Positions 1 to 11,815 of a DNA stretch of 64,000 nucleotides are shown one piece after another (the stretch's first letter is position 1; each line of letters starts with the position of its first letter). The translations under genes and the position numbers were made by a program. The notes beneath the pieces are model-generated. The model did not search any database, was not told where the DNA came from, and saw nothing but the letters and a program-made list of their open reading frames with translations. The stretch is from Lytechinus pictus (lineage: Eukaryota). The DNA lies in contig NC_087251.1 in the NCBI RefSeq assembly GCF_037042905.1, positions 33,172,001 through 33,236,000 on the forward strand, written 5' to 3'.

Positions 1-372
1 CCCTTGATCACTGCCTTCATGCCAACATGATGGGACCATCAAACCTTTTATACCCGATCATCTTAATAAACTCTCCGAGCCCCCGGTCTAGTCAATTTGA
101 CTGATTTGTTTTAAGAGAGCACGCATTCTTGGTAACTAGGTATGTACTTGTTTTAAAAAAATGAAAAGCTACCCTATTTCTTTTCGATTTAAAAAATACG
201 TTTAATAATGATCTTCAGTCAAATCCCGCTGCAGATGGGCTAAAATTCCGAATGTGTTTGTTTTCATATTACCTATCATAATGCACTCTCCATGTCATCT
301 CTCTGTTAATCTAACTCTTTTTAAAGAACGGTAATCAAATTGCATGTTTTTTCTATCACCAAAATGTTAATG

Positions 373-552
373 TAGGGGCGGATCCAGGATTTTCCAAAAG
401 GTGGGGACAGTTTCCCCGAGGAAAATTTGACAACCAAAATAAAAAAAAGGTCCTCACTTGTGTCCACAGTTCCATTAAAAATATGTGCTGTGACTTTCAA
501 AGGGGGAGGGGGGCATGGGCCGGATGTGCCCCCCCCCCTGGATCCGCCACTG
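373..552. mobile_element. Short hAT-like MITE (YAGGGGCGGATCC...GGATCCGCCACTG family)
   Basis: Terminal inverted repeats TAGGGGCGGATCCAGG / CCTGGATCCGCCACTG; near-perfect 8-bp TSD TGTTAATG (365-372) / AGTTAATG (553-560); same family at 23728-23963. Confidence 0.75.
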
Positions 553-1557
553 AGTTAATGTTACACAAACACTTACACAAACACAAAGGGACCGTTTCAT
601 AAAGAATTACAAATATGGCAACCAAACTTTTACATTATTTCATTTACCATAATCTATCATAATCTTCGAGTTAATACACATATTTTCAAATCTATTTTCG
701 ATGAAATTAATTATAATGTAAATTATTGAAAAGGGTCTTTTGAAATGGATATTAATGCAACCCTTGTAGGATTACAACATTATTAACATCTGGTTTCATT
801 CATTTCAGTCATGCCTTACTTTGGCGCAAATCACTAAATAGAATACCTTCTGCTCATCCAAGCGTTAACACATACTACATCCGGGAGTCTATATCCTCAG
901 CTCTGCTTTTCCCTTTTTTGTGCTCGATTCGATTCAATTACTACTTTATTTACATTTTAGTGACCATTGTTAAATGTCTTGTATTGTATAATGAGTGCTT
1001 TTATTCTTAAGGTTGCCTCTTATTCTCTTTCCAATTTCCACCTCTTGCTTTTCCTTCTCTTTTGTCTTATCCCTATTTCCCTTTTCTTATCTTTTTCCTC
1101 TCTCTCCTCTTTCTTCCTAATCTTTCACTCCCCCTATTCTTCATTGGTGACACTTTGTAGTAATTATGTTATGGCCTTTGGTATTTCAGGCCTGGGTATT
1201 TACTTATGATATATTTCTTTTTCATCTGTTTTAATCTGTAGTGTATTTAATATTTATTTATAATGTTTACTTTATATTTTGTTATGTTTCTATTTGTACA
1301 TGTAAACATTCACTCATTTCAGTCTTTGACTGCTTGTGATTGTATTTTGATAGTTTTTATTGCAATAAAATCCAACATATATATACATGAATATGGTATC
1401 AATTTTTTTGGCAGAAGATACTCTTTCCAGTCATATATAATGATTATTCGTTCATGTGTCCACGACATATCTTATCCTTAAATTGGGGGTTTGTGAGGTA
1501 TCTTTTTTTTTACTCACATGGTATTGGAAAACCGTACTGAAACAGGTTCCACAAGTG

Positions 1558-3417
1558 CAATGGCGTAGCTATGATTTTTTTTCCTGGGGGGCACTGGGGG
1601 TCTTTGCCTTTTCAGGGGGGGGGGCAACATTTTGTTTCTGTGTGGGTGTATGTGTCACAAGGGCGGATCTGACTTTCGCCAATAGGGGGTGGGGCCCAAA
1701 ATTATCTTCACCTATATTTTCCCCGATCAGTCACTTCTTATCTTTATTCTTATAAAACAACATAATTATAAAATAATCTCATAAGCCCTATATAAAAAAA
1801 GTGCGAGCGCGAAGCGCAAGCAAATCATTTCATCTTTCATGTATTTTGTCCTGAAAATTGAACATTCTGGGCAGAAATTTTTAATAAATGTTCTAGCATG
1901 ATCGGAAAGGGACCTGTTAAGCTGTTTACAGCTACCCACGAATGCGATACATATTTCAATAATGGGAGCGCGAAGCGCGAGCTAAAACTTTTTGATATTC
2001 CGACCTAAAATCTGGAAGTTCTAAGCACTTTTTGTAATCATAATGGGATAGGTATGTAACTAAACGATTGATGCGAGCGCGAAGCGGGAACGAAGAAAAT
2101 TGAGATTTTAGACCTAAAAGCGGGACACTCTATTCATATTCCGTAAATCATGAATAGGATATGGCTAATCGGGTATTATTAATAATGCGAGCGGGAAGCG
2201 CGAACAATTATTGATATTCTGATCTGAAACTGGATAATTCAAGCATATTTGAATAAAGAACATGCAGGCTATCTCAATTAACATGCGTGCGCATGTTTTA
2301 GATTTAGCCCTAGAATCTGGGCATTCTGAATACATTTTTTTAATCATGAAGATCAATAATGCAAGCGCGAGCTGAAAACATTTCAGTGATATTACGATCT
2401 GAAAAAGGTCAATTTAAACACTATTTCAAGTACTGTGATCGAAAATTGTGAAGTGGATGTGGATCACACTTGAATGATGCGAGCGCGAGCTGATATTTTT
2501 TTATTTTAAGGACCGGGACATTTTGTCATCATATGAAAATGATGACTATATCTTCCTATTATTCATAAGCTTGTCGATATTCCATTCTGAAAAGACCTAA
2601 TTTAGTTATTAGGAATTCATTAAAATGTTATTTTCTTATTTGTTAATCTAATATGCGTAATGACAGCAAGGCTTGAAAACTAGAAATTTTAAGCCTTTTG
2701 TTATTATGAATACGCATTACGATGGTTTATACATTTTTAAGAATTAATGCGAGCGCAAATCGCGAGCTGTTTTTTTTAAATAAAATATAATGAAAAGGCC
2801 TGGGTTTTTTTTTGCTTATATAGAATTGATATAGAGTACTCACAAATCAAAATACGAGCGCGCAGCACTAACTTATAGGCCTACGTTTTCACAGTCACAT
2901 CTGAAAATTGATATTTTGAGAACTTTATGGAATACACGAAGACAATATGAACTTGGCAATCAACTAATGCGACCACGCAGCGTAAGCTTAAAATGTTGAT
3001 ATGTAGACCATATCAACGGACATTTTGCAGAGTGCATTAAATTTGTAAATGGAAAAAAATAATGAAAGCTCGATGTCCGAGCTGAAATATGTTTTGTATA
3101 TTGACTTTAAAACTTGATATTTTAAGCTCCATATCAGCCTATTGAGCAAGATATGAATCTCATCGAACAGGCAATTAGAGCGCGAGCGAAAATTTTATTT
3201 AGTAACATGAAATATTTTTTTTTTTTGCAAGTCTCCCCCAACATTATTTTATTCACTCGTCTTCCTTCTCTTATTTTCCTCTCCTTTTTTCCTTCTGTCT
3301 TTTCCCTTCTTTATCTTTTCTTCTTTCTCCCTTTTTTTTGAGGGGGCACACCAAATCTCAGGGCCTTGGGGGGCACGTGCCTCCCTCCCCCCCCCCCCCC
3401 CCGTAGCTACGCCACTG
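1558..3417. mobile_element. Non-autonomous TIR element with internal ~100-bp repeats carrying GCGAGCGCGAAGCGCGAGC
   Basis: TIRs CAATGGCGTAGCTA / TAGCTACGCCACTG; imperfect 8-bp TSD CACAAGTG / CACAAAAG; interior resembles 15638-17600, 21018-21670, 22033-22852 and 29103-29886. Confidence 0.7.
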
Positions 3418-3993
3418 CACAAAAGGTTTCATGAAACTAACTAACCTTCCGGGCAGGGAACCGTGTAAACTGGGGCTAGTATTCACCTCTGTACAGGCCT
3501 ATGTACTGGTATTCAAGTTTATACCGTGCTATAAATAGGCCCTTTCCAGTTGGGTTCACCTTAACAATATAAAACTTCAACACCAAATTCTATTTATTCA
3601 TATTTTGTCCATTATATAGCCTACCATCATCGATTCGGTTCGGATGCTGTATTATATGGTAATTTCTAACGAAAGGTTTTATAAGCAAGAAAATATTGTA
3701 TGCATGACATAGAATCGCACATGTTGTGGTGATCTGAAGTCGGATTACTGTATAGAGAATGATCATTAATCTGGTATTGCCTATGCGGATGATCGGAATG
3801 ATCACTAACAAAGTTCCCGTCGTGAAGCAACAAAGTATCTCGGAGTCAGACTCCTTTTAAGTTTTTGCAAGATTATTTAGACTAGCGATCCTGAAGAACT
3901 CCAGTTCCGAGAACCTCGCAGAAAGATTTTTGGGAGGAATAAAAAACAACGCTGTAAAAAAAGAATCGCACCTTGGAACTTGTCAGAAATGAG

Positions 3994-4189
3994 ATGGAAA
4001 CCTGTTCGATTTTCAGGAATTCAAGCGCCCTTAAAACGATCTTGGCTTTGTTTCTTCAGACGTGTCATTTCTTAGGAACTGTGAAATGCATTGGGGTTTA
4101 TCTACCGGACCTGAAGCGGACATTAGGACTATCGTCAACTGATATTGGTCTTGCTATTGGATTATTCGAAGCACTTTCATTCGTTCCAG
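3994..4189 (+). CDS. MFS transporter, SLC16/monocarboxylate-transporter-like, coding exon 1
   Basis: ATG at 3994; METCSIF...LGTVKCIGVYLPDLKRTLGLSSTDIGLAIGLFEALSFVPG resembles MCT TM1-2; donor CCAG|GTAAAC at 4189/4190, phase 1. Confidence 0.85.
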
Positions 4190-4399
4190 GTAAACGAAAT
4201 ACGAGTTTGGTGTAGATTGAAAAAAAAGGGTATAGGGTGATTCCATAATAGAAAATTCAGCAACTTTCACAACATTTTTCAACCTGCTATCCAAACAAAC
4301 AAGGATTTGCATTTGTATTTATTAAGACATAATTATGAACGGATAAACCAAACAATGTTAACCCGTTCCTACTCCTGAATCCACAGGATTACATTTGCC

Positions 4400-4940
4400 A
4401 ATGTATTTAAAGGTAGACACCATTATTTCTTGCAGGTGGATATTGTATGAATTATGACAATTTTTAAGTGATAGAAGTCATGTAGACGTCACTTTGGAAG
4501 CCATCTTGGTTTTTGTTGTTGGCAAAATCGTTACCAGTCCCAAAATGATTTGACCCTTGAAAACATTGTGTAGACACCACAATAATATCTCCCAGGTGGA
4601 TTTTTAATGAACTACATTTTTCAGTAACAGCAGTCAATTAAGACTCCATTTTTGGAAGCTATATTGTTCTTTTTTTTTGTACATAGGCCTACTGGACCAC
4701 TGACAGTCCTTGTAACTTGTCCCAATGTATTATTTGACTCTTTAAACCATGGTTTAGACACCAAAATCATATCTGTCAGGCAGATATTGAATAAAATATG
4801 TTCATTTATGAGTACCGACGGCCATTTTAGACTCCAATTTTGGAAGCCATCTTGGATTTTAGGCAAAATGGACAACTGCTTATCATAGTTACTTGTCCAA
4901 AAATATTGCTTGACCCTTGAAAACATAGTGTAGACACCAT
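4400..4940. repeat. Degenerate ~160-185-bp tandem repeat in intron 1
   Basis: TAGACACCA recurs near 4413, 4571, 4755 and 4930, with GGAAGCCATCTTGG and TGACCCTTGAAAACAT recurring between them. Confidence 0.55.
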
Positions 4941-5599
4941 ATGGGCAGCCAAAAGGGTCAAAATTAACAATCCCAAAAAAATTAAGAAACTCAGAAATAA
5001 ATACATGTAGTCTTTCAGAAATAAATGCAGTCTCTTAAAAAAAAATTGCCGTTTCTTAGAAATAAATCAACTTCCTCAGAAATAAAAGTAGTGTCTCAGA
5101 AATATTAACATTCAGAAATGACGAATAAGACATTTTAGTTAGAAATAAGTATTCAACCAGAAATTGATATGATTGAGAAATAGAAGACACATCAGAAATA
5201 AACCTTGTCAATCATAGAGAAAAGATTTTAGAAGCATTAGTCTCATTTAGAAAAAAAAATATCGTAAATGAAATAGTAGTGTATTTTACAAACGAATGTC
5301 ATCGTTCAGAAATAGAGAATCTCGCAAATAAAGCAATTTCAAAAAATAAGATATTTACAGAAATAAAAGCAACCACAGCATTAAAGACAACCGCAGAATC
5401 ATAAGTTTATGCGGAACTAAAACAATTCTTGGCAATAAACACATTCACAGATTTGCATGCTTTTGCAGGAATATAATTATGTTATCACAAAAAATAAACG
5501 AAACTACTGAAAATAGAGTCTAAGGCAAATAAATGTTCGTTCTCAAAAATAAAAGTTGGAACTCGCATTTACATTGACAATTCGAATGCGATTAAAAAA

Positions 5600-5954
5600 A
5601 AAGAAATGAATGAAGAGAACAATGATAAGCGCAGCTTAAATGAAGGTTTCCCAGAGCTATCTGCCCTTTGGAAAAATTGGTGTTGCCGAAAATATTTCTC
5701 TGCCGGGAATCAAACCCGGGCCCCCTGCTTTGAACGCCGATGCATTAACCACTAGACCACAGAGACGGGTTATAGGGCGACCCCGATCCTATTCTCTGTG
5801 GTCTTGTGATTAAAGCATCGGCGTTCAAAGCTGGGGGCCCGGGTTCGATTCCCGGCAGAGACATTTCGGCATCACCAATTTTTCCAGAGGGCAGATAGCT
5901 CTGGGAACCTTGATTTAAGCTATGACTACCATTGTTCTCTTCATTCATTTCTTT
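5600..5954. mobile_element. Palindromic element made of two head-to-head tRNA(Glu)-like units with matching tails
   Basis: 5600-5765 is the reverse complement of 5793-5954. Each arm holds a tRNA-like unit with an A box (TGGTCTAGTGG / TGGTCTTGTGA) and a B box (GGTTCGATTCC / GGTTTGATTCC): 5697-5765 on minus, 5793-5861 on plus. Confidence 0.75.
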
Positions 5955-6014
5955 CACAACGCATTTAGATACAAGAGTTGCCAAAGCTGTTGTATATGTA
6001 TAATTTCTCACATT

Positions 6015-6052
<38 letters not shown>

Positions 6053-6088
6053 CTTTATTTATTTTATATATTTTCTCGATTTCTACAG

Positions 6089-6238
6089 GTCCAGTAATTG
6101 CGTACATCTATCGAAGACCCCACGGCGGGTTCCGGCGATGTCTTCTGGTGACAGGTGCAATACTCGCAACAGGAGGACTCCTTCTGGTATCCATTGCAAC
6201 CAATGGTATAGAATTAGCTGTCTTCTTATCAGTTGCTG
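6089..6238 (+). CDS. SLC16-like MFS transporter, coding exon 2
   Basis: Acceptor TTCTACAG|GT at 6088/6089; GPVIAYIYRRPHGGFRRCLLVTGAILATGGLLLVSIATNGIELAVFLSVAG covers the MFS motif-A region; donor GCTG|GTATGT; phase 1/1 fits both neighbours. Confidence 0.88.
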
Positions 6239-6482
6239 GTATGTTAATGAATCTATTGACTATACTACATTCTCCAATTCCCATACAGGGGCAACCCGAT
6301 TCCAGTAAGCAATCGATTAATGTCATGTTGTTGATTCTGCTCAATAGTGAAATACTTTTGTATCGTTGATAGAAAAAGCATTCTAGATATCAGTAATGAC
6401 ACTGACTACTGATGATCATCACAATTATAATAATGATGATGATTATAAATAATGACGAAACACCCTTCTTCTCTCTGCACAG

Positions 6483-7538
6483 GTCTTGGTTCCAGCATCC
6501 TGTCAATTTCATTGGTAATCATTCTGAGCGATCAGTCTGGAGAGGCCTTTGCAGTCTTCTACGGCATTGGTACATCAGGTTTCGCCATCGGAGTGGCTCT
6601 AGTTCCCCCGATCGCAGACTACCTGATGAGGATTTATGGCTGGAGAGGGTCCTTGATGATTATTGGAGGTATCATGGCGCACCTTATACCTTTCGTCTTG
6701 ATGGTTGATCTCGACGTAGAGGGCGTCGTACGGAACGATTTTGGGCCCTTTAACACCGACGATGAAGAAATTGAAGACCAATTTGATAGGTCCGAAATAG
6801 AAGCGCTTATCTCCAGACCAAGTATCCAGGAAGAAACACGCAATGACGGGGATAAATCACACGTTGGCGGTATTTACGCTGAAATAAATCCGGCAAATAA
6901 TGAAATCGGATCAGAAAATGAAAACGCATGGTTAAGTGACATCCAAGAGATAACACCTGAAAAATCAGCTACTGGTAAAAGAATCACGGGCGTGTCTAAC
7001 ATGCATATTATGTTAGAAAAAGGATATATGCGAAAATGTCTGAATGATTGTTCTAATTGTTATCGAATCTTCACAGACTCTATATACAATCAAGATCGCT
7101 GGATGATTCTCCTTATGCTGGTCACACTTGTATTGCATATGGTAGACTCTAGTTGGTATGCATATCTCATCCCATGTGCGATTGCTCTTGATATTCCTAT
7201 ATCCCAGGTACTGTGCCTACCTTACTCTGCGGGGGCTGGAATATTCGTAGCCCGAATTTTAGGCGGATACCTCGAGAAATCAAAGCTTTTATCTGGCCAA
7301 TCCTTGTTTCTTTTCTTTACCTTACTCAACATCTTATCACTTTTGTGGAATATCTTCGCTCCAAGATTTGCTTTCATGATTGTGACTTCATTCATCTCGG
7401 CATTCACGATTGCTCAACGAAACATTTTGTCGTTGGTCATCTGTAAGGACAGGGCGCCTCGGGCACATTTCCCGGTGATTCTGGCTTCTTATGAGATTGT
7501 TTGTGGAATTGGATTCTTCCACGGATCTTTGTTATGTG
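6483..7538 (+). CDS. SLC16-like MFS transporter, coding exon 3
   Basis: Acceptor CTCTCTGCACAG|GT; GIGTSGFAIGVALVPPIADYLMRIYGWRGSLMIIGG contains the MCT YGWRG motif, then a large acidic loop and TM7-11; donor TGTG|GTAAGA at 7538/7539. Confidence 0.92.
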
Positions 7539-8089
7539 GTAAGACCCGTAAAGTCCCTGTTAAGAATATATATTATACCTTAATAATATCTATCCTTTTC
7601 ACCAACACCGAAAATCATCAGAAGGCATATTGCTCTTGTCATAATTGTCATGATCATAGTGAAAATGATAACAAACCTACTATTGATAATCATAATAATA
7701 TTGTTAACGATATTAATGATGTATCGATAATAGCATTATTTTGAAGATAAGAATCATAATAATAATTAATGTTCATAACCATATTCGGCATCAAAATTAT
7801 CATCACTATTAAATTCAGATTTTGTTTAGAACAGCCGAGAAAGCTTAAGTGATATGTGAAACGGCAACAATGCAATGAAGATAATTAACGGAACTTTTCA
7901 TCTAAGTGATTTTAACGTCTGTAGCATAATGATGGATTTCTAGTCACCATCACAGGTGGAACTTACAAGGAGAGTTTTGACGGTCTTCATTTTGGTCTAA
8001 ACCTCAGATAATCCCAACTCATTGTGAAACGTTATCTCAGATTAAAAAAAAATCTTGCACTGAACCTTTGCTTTATTATTTTTTCTTCC

Positions 8090-9590
8090 TTTTTAAAAAG
8101 TTTTTATTGGGTTTTCATGATTTTGTGTAACAAATCACTAAAAAGCAATACAAGTAATTAAAAAAACATAGATAAGAAAAAATAAAAGAGCAGCATTATG
8201 CATACACATTATTAGTTTACATTAAAAAAGTGCAGCATATCAACAAAAAATAAGTGATAAACAAGTGGTAAAAGCAGTCACTTTGTCTCTTCTAAGTATT
8301 CCTCATCCCTTATAGTATAGTACAGGCAATAATGTAATAACAGTGATAACAATCAGCTAATTTACCTATCATTAAAGATTAATTAAACTCCTTCCTCAAA
8401 AGGCAAATTATATTAAATTATCTTACAACTTAAATCTCCATTTCCGAAAATGACTTGTAAGTTTATTATTTTTCTTGGCAATACGATACGATATTCAATA
8501 TCCTTGTTAGGGGTCAAATACGTTTTATAACCTTAAAAGTTGGTGGCTTGTCCTGAATTTACAGATACATATATAATATTTTAGCAAAAGAAACAAATAT
8601 GTAACGAATTTATCATTAATATAACCGAGCATCTTTTCAAATTTTAATACATTCTGTAGAGGTTTTCTTGATAACAGCATTCATAATTTCATCCCAAATG
8701 GGTTTCACAACAGGACATTCAATAAAAAGAAAAAAAAAATAGATTTCCGGGTCACTGTTACAAAATGAACAATTAGGGGAGTCCTTCCTTTTAATTTTAT
8801 ACAAGAAATCATTCAAACCTATTGCTTTATGAAATAACTTGAAATAAAAAGAGCGCATACGTGTCATTATAGTGCACTTAAAGTTATTTACATGAACTTT
8901 CTCCCAATTGACCCCATCAGTGTGTTGGAGAACATTCCAAAAAAGCTATACGTTTTTCTGGAACACAAGTAGAATGATATATGCATATTTTGGGATTTTC
9001 TGAGTTCTCAAGAGTGCGGCTCTGATTTCATCGAGAATTTTATGTGGGGTTAAGTCAGAGGTAACTAAACAATCAGCTGGTATATTTTTTATTAAAAAAT
9101 ATATTTCCTCCTGTCCTGAACATTTATACCAAAGTCTAGAATAAGCTCTTCAAATAATGTACTACCAGGGTGAGGAGGATTATAAATTATACCTTTGTCT
9201 GACCAATGCTGGAATATGAAATATTGTTTGACTTTGAACAAATGTTTCTATTAAGCAAATACACTGGTCCGTATTCTGAAGTCGGGTTTAACTTAAACTC
9301 GGGTTTAAAGTTGTGGTTTAAGTATGGGAAGCCAAAATATTTTTATTAAGTTGTATGTTTCTTATGTTTACTGTGCTCTTTCCTGATTCATCGATGGTGA
9401 AGACAATCATCTATTTATATTTCCTACACAATTATGAATAATTTGAGGGCCGAATGAGCTGAAAGTATATCTCTACTGTTAGTGATTATGTAACAATTGG
9501 CTGTCCATACTTAAACCACAACATTAAACCTGAGTTTAAGTTAAACCCGACTTCAGAATACGGGCCACTGACAAGAACCATTTAAAAAAC
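8090..9590 (-). mobile_element. 5'-truncated L1/Tx1-clade LINE relic (C-terminal zinc-knuckle region, 3' UTR and tail) in intron 3
   Basis: Minus-strand RSFYFKLFHKAIGLNDFLYKIKRKDSPNCSFC...FIECPVVKPIW resembles the zf-RVT C-terminus of the ORF2 at 57705-58163; ends FRKWRFKL* near 8423; AATAAA and A-rich tail near 8090-8110; interrupted by a MITE at 9266-9566. Confidence 0.8.
9266..9566. mobile_element. PIF/Harbinger-like MITE
   Basis: ~60-bp TIRs GGTCCGTATTCTGAAGTCGGGTTTAACTTAAAC / GTTTAAGTTAAACCCGACTTCAGAATACGGGCC; 3-bp TSD ACT on both sides. Confidence 0.85.
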
Positions 9591-9685
9591 CTTTCCTTTA
9601 TTGTTTTATTGTTTATTCCATTCGATAAAGGTGAAGCTCACGGACCCATTTCCCAAAGACTTCCCTTTGCAGTGACTGTGCCATT

Positions 9686-9996
9686 GGGGGGTTTCGCACT
9701 GCGACGCAGAACGATTTCAAGAACATAGCGAATGCATTTTTAAATGCCCTTCATGACAAAAAGCAGCCACGAATTCTTTGTGGAAAGTTGTTGGATCAAA
9801 ACAGCAGCTTCGCCCTGGACTCTGGACGAATGACATTATTTGCAAGTTTTCGTCAGCTCAGAACTTAGGACGTAACTGCTGTTTCGTTTCACCAATTTTC
9901 GACAAAGACCTCCCAGCCGTTCATTGTCATTTAAGGGGCATTTTCAATACATAAGTGTTCTTGAATCATCCGTCCGCCGCGGAGTGAAAACCCCTT
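9686..9996. mobile_element. Old palindromic MITE
   Basis: Diverged inverted arms GGGGGGTTTCGCACTGCG...TTCAAGAACA...AATGCCCTTCATGACAA / TTGTCATTTAAGGGGCATT...TGTTCTTGAA...AGTGAAAACCCCT. Confidence 0.55.
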
Positions 9997-10131
9997 ATTA
10001 AGTAACAGGGCTCAGCAAATCAAGGCTTCCATCATGTTCATGGATCAAAGTTGCCAAATTGTAAGTCTTTACGAAACGGGCAACTGGAAACTTTGGAAAT
10101 TTAATATTAAATTATTGATTGATTTGTGCAG

Positions 10132-10262
10132 GATATTTCGCAGATGTGAGGGGATCTTTCAACGCTTCATATGTGTTCATCGCAGGGGTAGAAATCCTTG
10201 AATTATGTCTCATAATTCCATCAATAATTGCCGAGAAGTTGAAGGAACCCACTGCGAACTAA
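10132..10262 (+). CDS. SLC16-like MFS transporter, terminal coding exon 4 (absent from the ORF track)
   Basis: Acceptor TTTGTGCAG|GA at 10131/10132, phase 1; GYFADVRGSFNASYVFIAGVEILELCLIIPSIIAEKLKEPTAN* matches the MCT G..aD..GSy..sf pattern before TM12; TAA at 10260-10262. The four exons total 1533 nt (510 aa + stop). Confidence 0.88.
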
Positions 10263-11559
10263 ACGAGAACCCCACAGATACTTCACAAAGGTGTATAATG
10301 GGATATACCTTTCAGGGTCAGTAAAAAAAGAAGAGGAAAGCCGGCTGGAAAGTTCACCTGTATATAGCAATTATAATAGCTGTGCTGATGTTGTGACATT
10401 GAAATATCATGTAAAGACAATATTGCACCTTACCTCGTAATTAAGTTATTAAACTGCTATTACATGGTAAAACTTTGCCATCGTCATTGGACGACAGTCA
10501 GGGGTAGATCCACCAGACGATCGTCAGGGGGAGATCCACCAGACGATCGTCGCGTCCAGGGAAGGAAATTAGCGAGTTTTCGCACCGCCAGGCAGAACGA
10601 ATTCTAGAACACAGTATATGTATTGAAAATGCTGGTCACATGACAATGAAAAGCTGTGAGGTCTTTGTCGGAAATTGGCCAACCGGAACCGGAGCTGACA
10701 AAAAAAATGCAAATATATCGTTTGTCAAGAGCCCAGGTGGAAACTACTGTTTTGATTCACCAATTTTCGACAAAAACTGTTTGGTTGGTGTATTTTTTTG
10801 ACAATACATTGTCTATGTTCTTGAAAGCGTTCTGCGTCACGGGCATCGATCGAACACTTTCTGTAAACATCAACACACATGCCAAAGTATAAAACTTTGA
10901 ATAAATTTTGTTCGAGCTAAGTAATGCATTTCCTTGTCAAGATGTAATTTATAAATAAATAAATGAATGTATAAATTTGAAGTAAGTTAAACAATTTCAC
11001 TCTTACTAGTTTCGTTTTAATTCTCCAGTGATAGTGAAATGTGGCGCAATATTCCATGTAATGCTCTCAATAGAGGCCGCTATCATCATTATCAAGACTA
11101 ATTGCCAACGATGTCTCCTGTATATGCTGCATTCTTTTAATTTGTCATTTTCTTTAATACATGTACATTTTCTTGATATCATTTATCCAATTTTAATACT
11201 ACATTACTAATTTGTTGTATATTACATTTGTATATATTACATTGAGAACATATATCTAATGCATGTGAATGAGAAAATAAAAGCAATCAATCAATCAATC
11301 GATAGATGCGTTGCGTAGCAACGGCATTGTGTTATAATCAAAAGACATTTCAGTATTATTCATTCAATTCAATTTGTAATGAAATTATGCAACGTATGCT
11401 TTCATTACCTAAACCAAATTCAAATTATTGTAAAAGAACATTCGTGTACAGAGCTTCCACAGAATATAATAAATAACCCACTAATCTACGACAACTTCCC
11501 ATTCACTCTAACTTTAGAAATCACCTTACACACTATAATTATTATTAAGTTGTACCTCT

Positions 11560-11815
11560 TGTTTATGTTTAAATATATTTACTTTGTTTTGTTTTAGTTT
11601 TGTTTTGTAATTCGTTGTATCATTATCAGTGGATTATATTTCATTTTATGATTTGTCATATTAGTTGTCTTACATTGCACTGGCCCCATGGAAGACCAGC
11701 AGCAACAATTATAGTTGCAGCTGAATATGGGCTACCAGCCGTAATTTTATCTTATTTTCATTTACCGTACATTCTATTTGTAATATTGTATGATATTTTT
11801 AATAAAACTACAAAC
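11560..11815 (+). mobile_element. 3' end of an L2/CR1-group LINE (UTR stem region and tail)
   Basis: T-rich UTR, then CTGGCCCCATGGAAGACCAGC...GCTGAATATGGGCTACCAG and AATAAAA; same architecture as the 3' end at 34118-34218. Confidence 0.5.

Noticed and set aside
6452..7744. 430-aa ORF as a complete single-exon gene
   Set aside because: Its ends are intron read-through; splice sites at 6483 and 7538 and the flanking exons give the full transporter.
10497..10552. 26-bp tandem duplication GTCAGGGGNAGATCCACCAGACGATC downstream of the transporter stop
   Set aside because: There are only two copies and no other supporting structure; most likely slippage.
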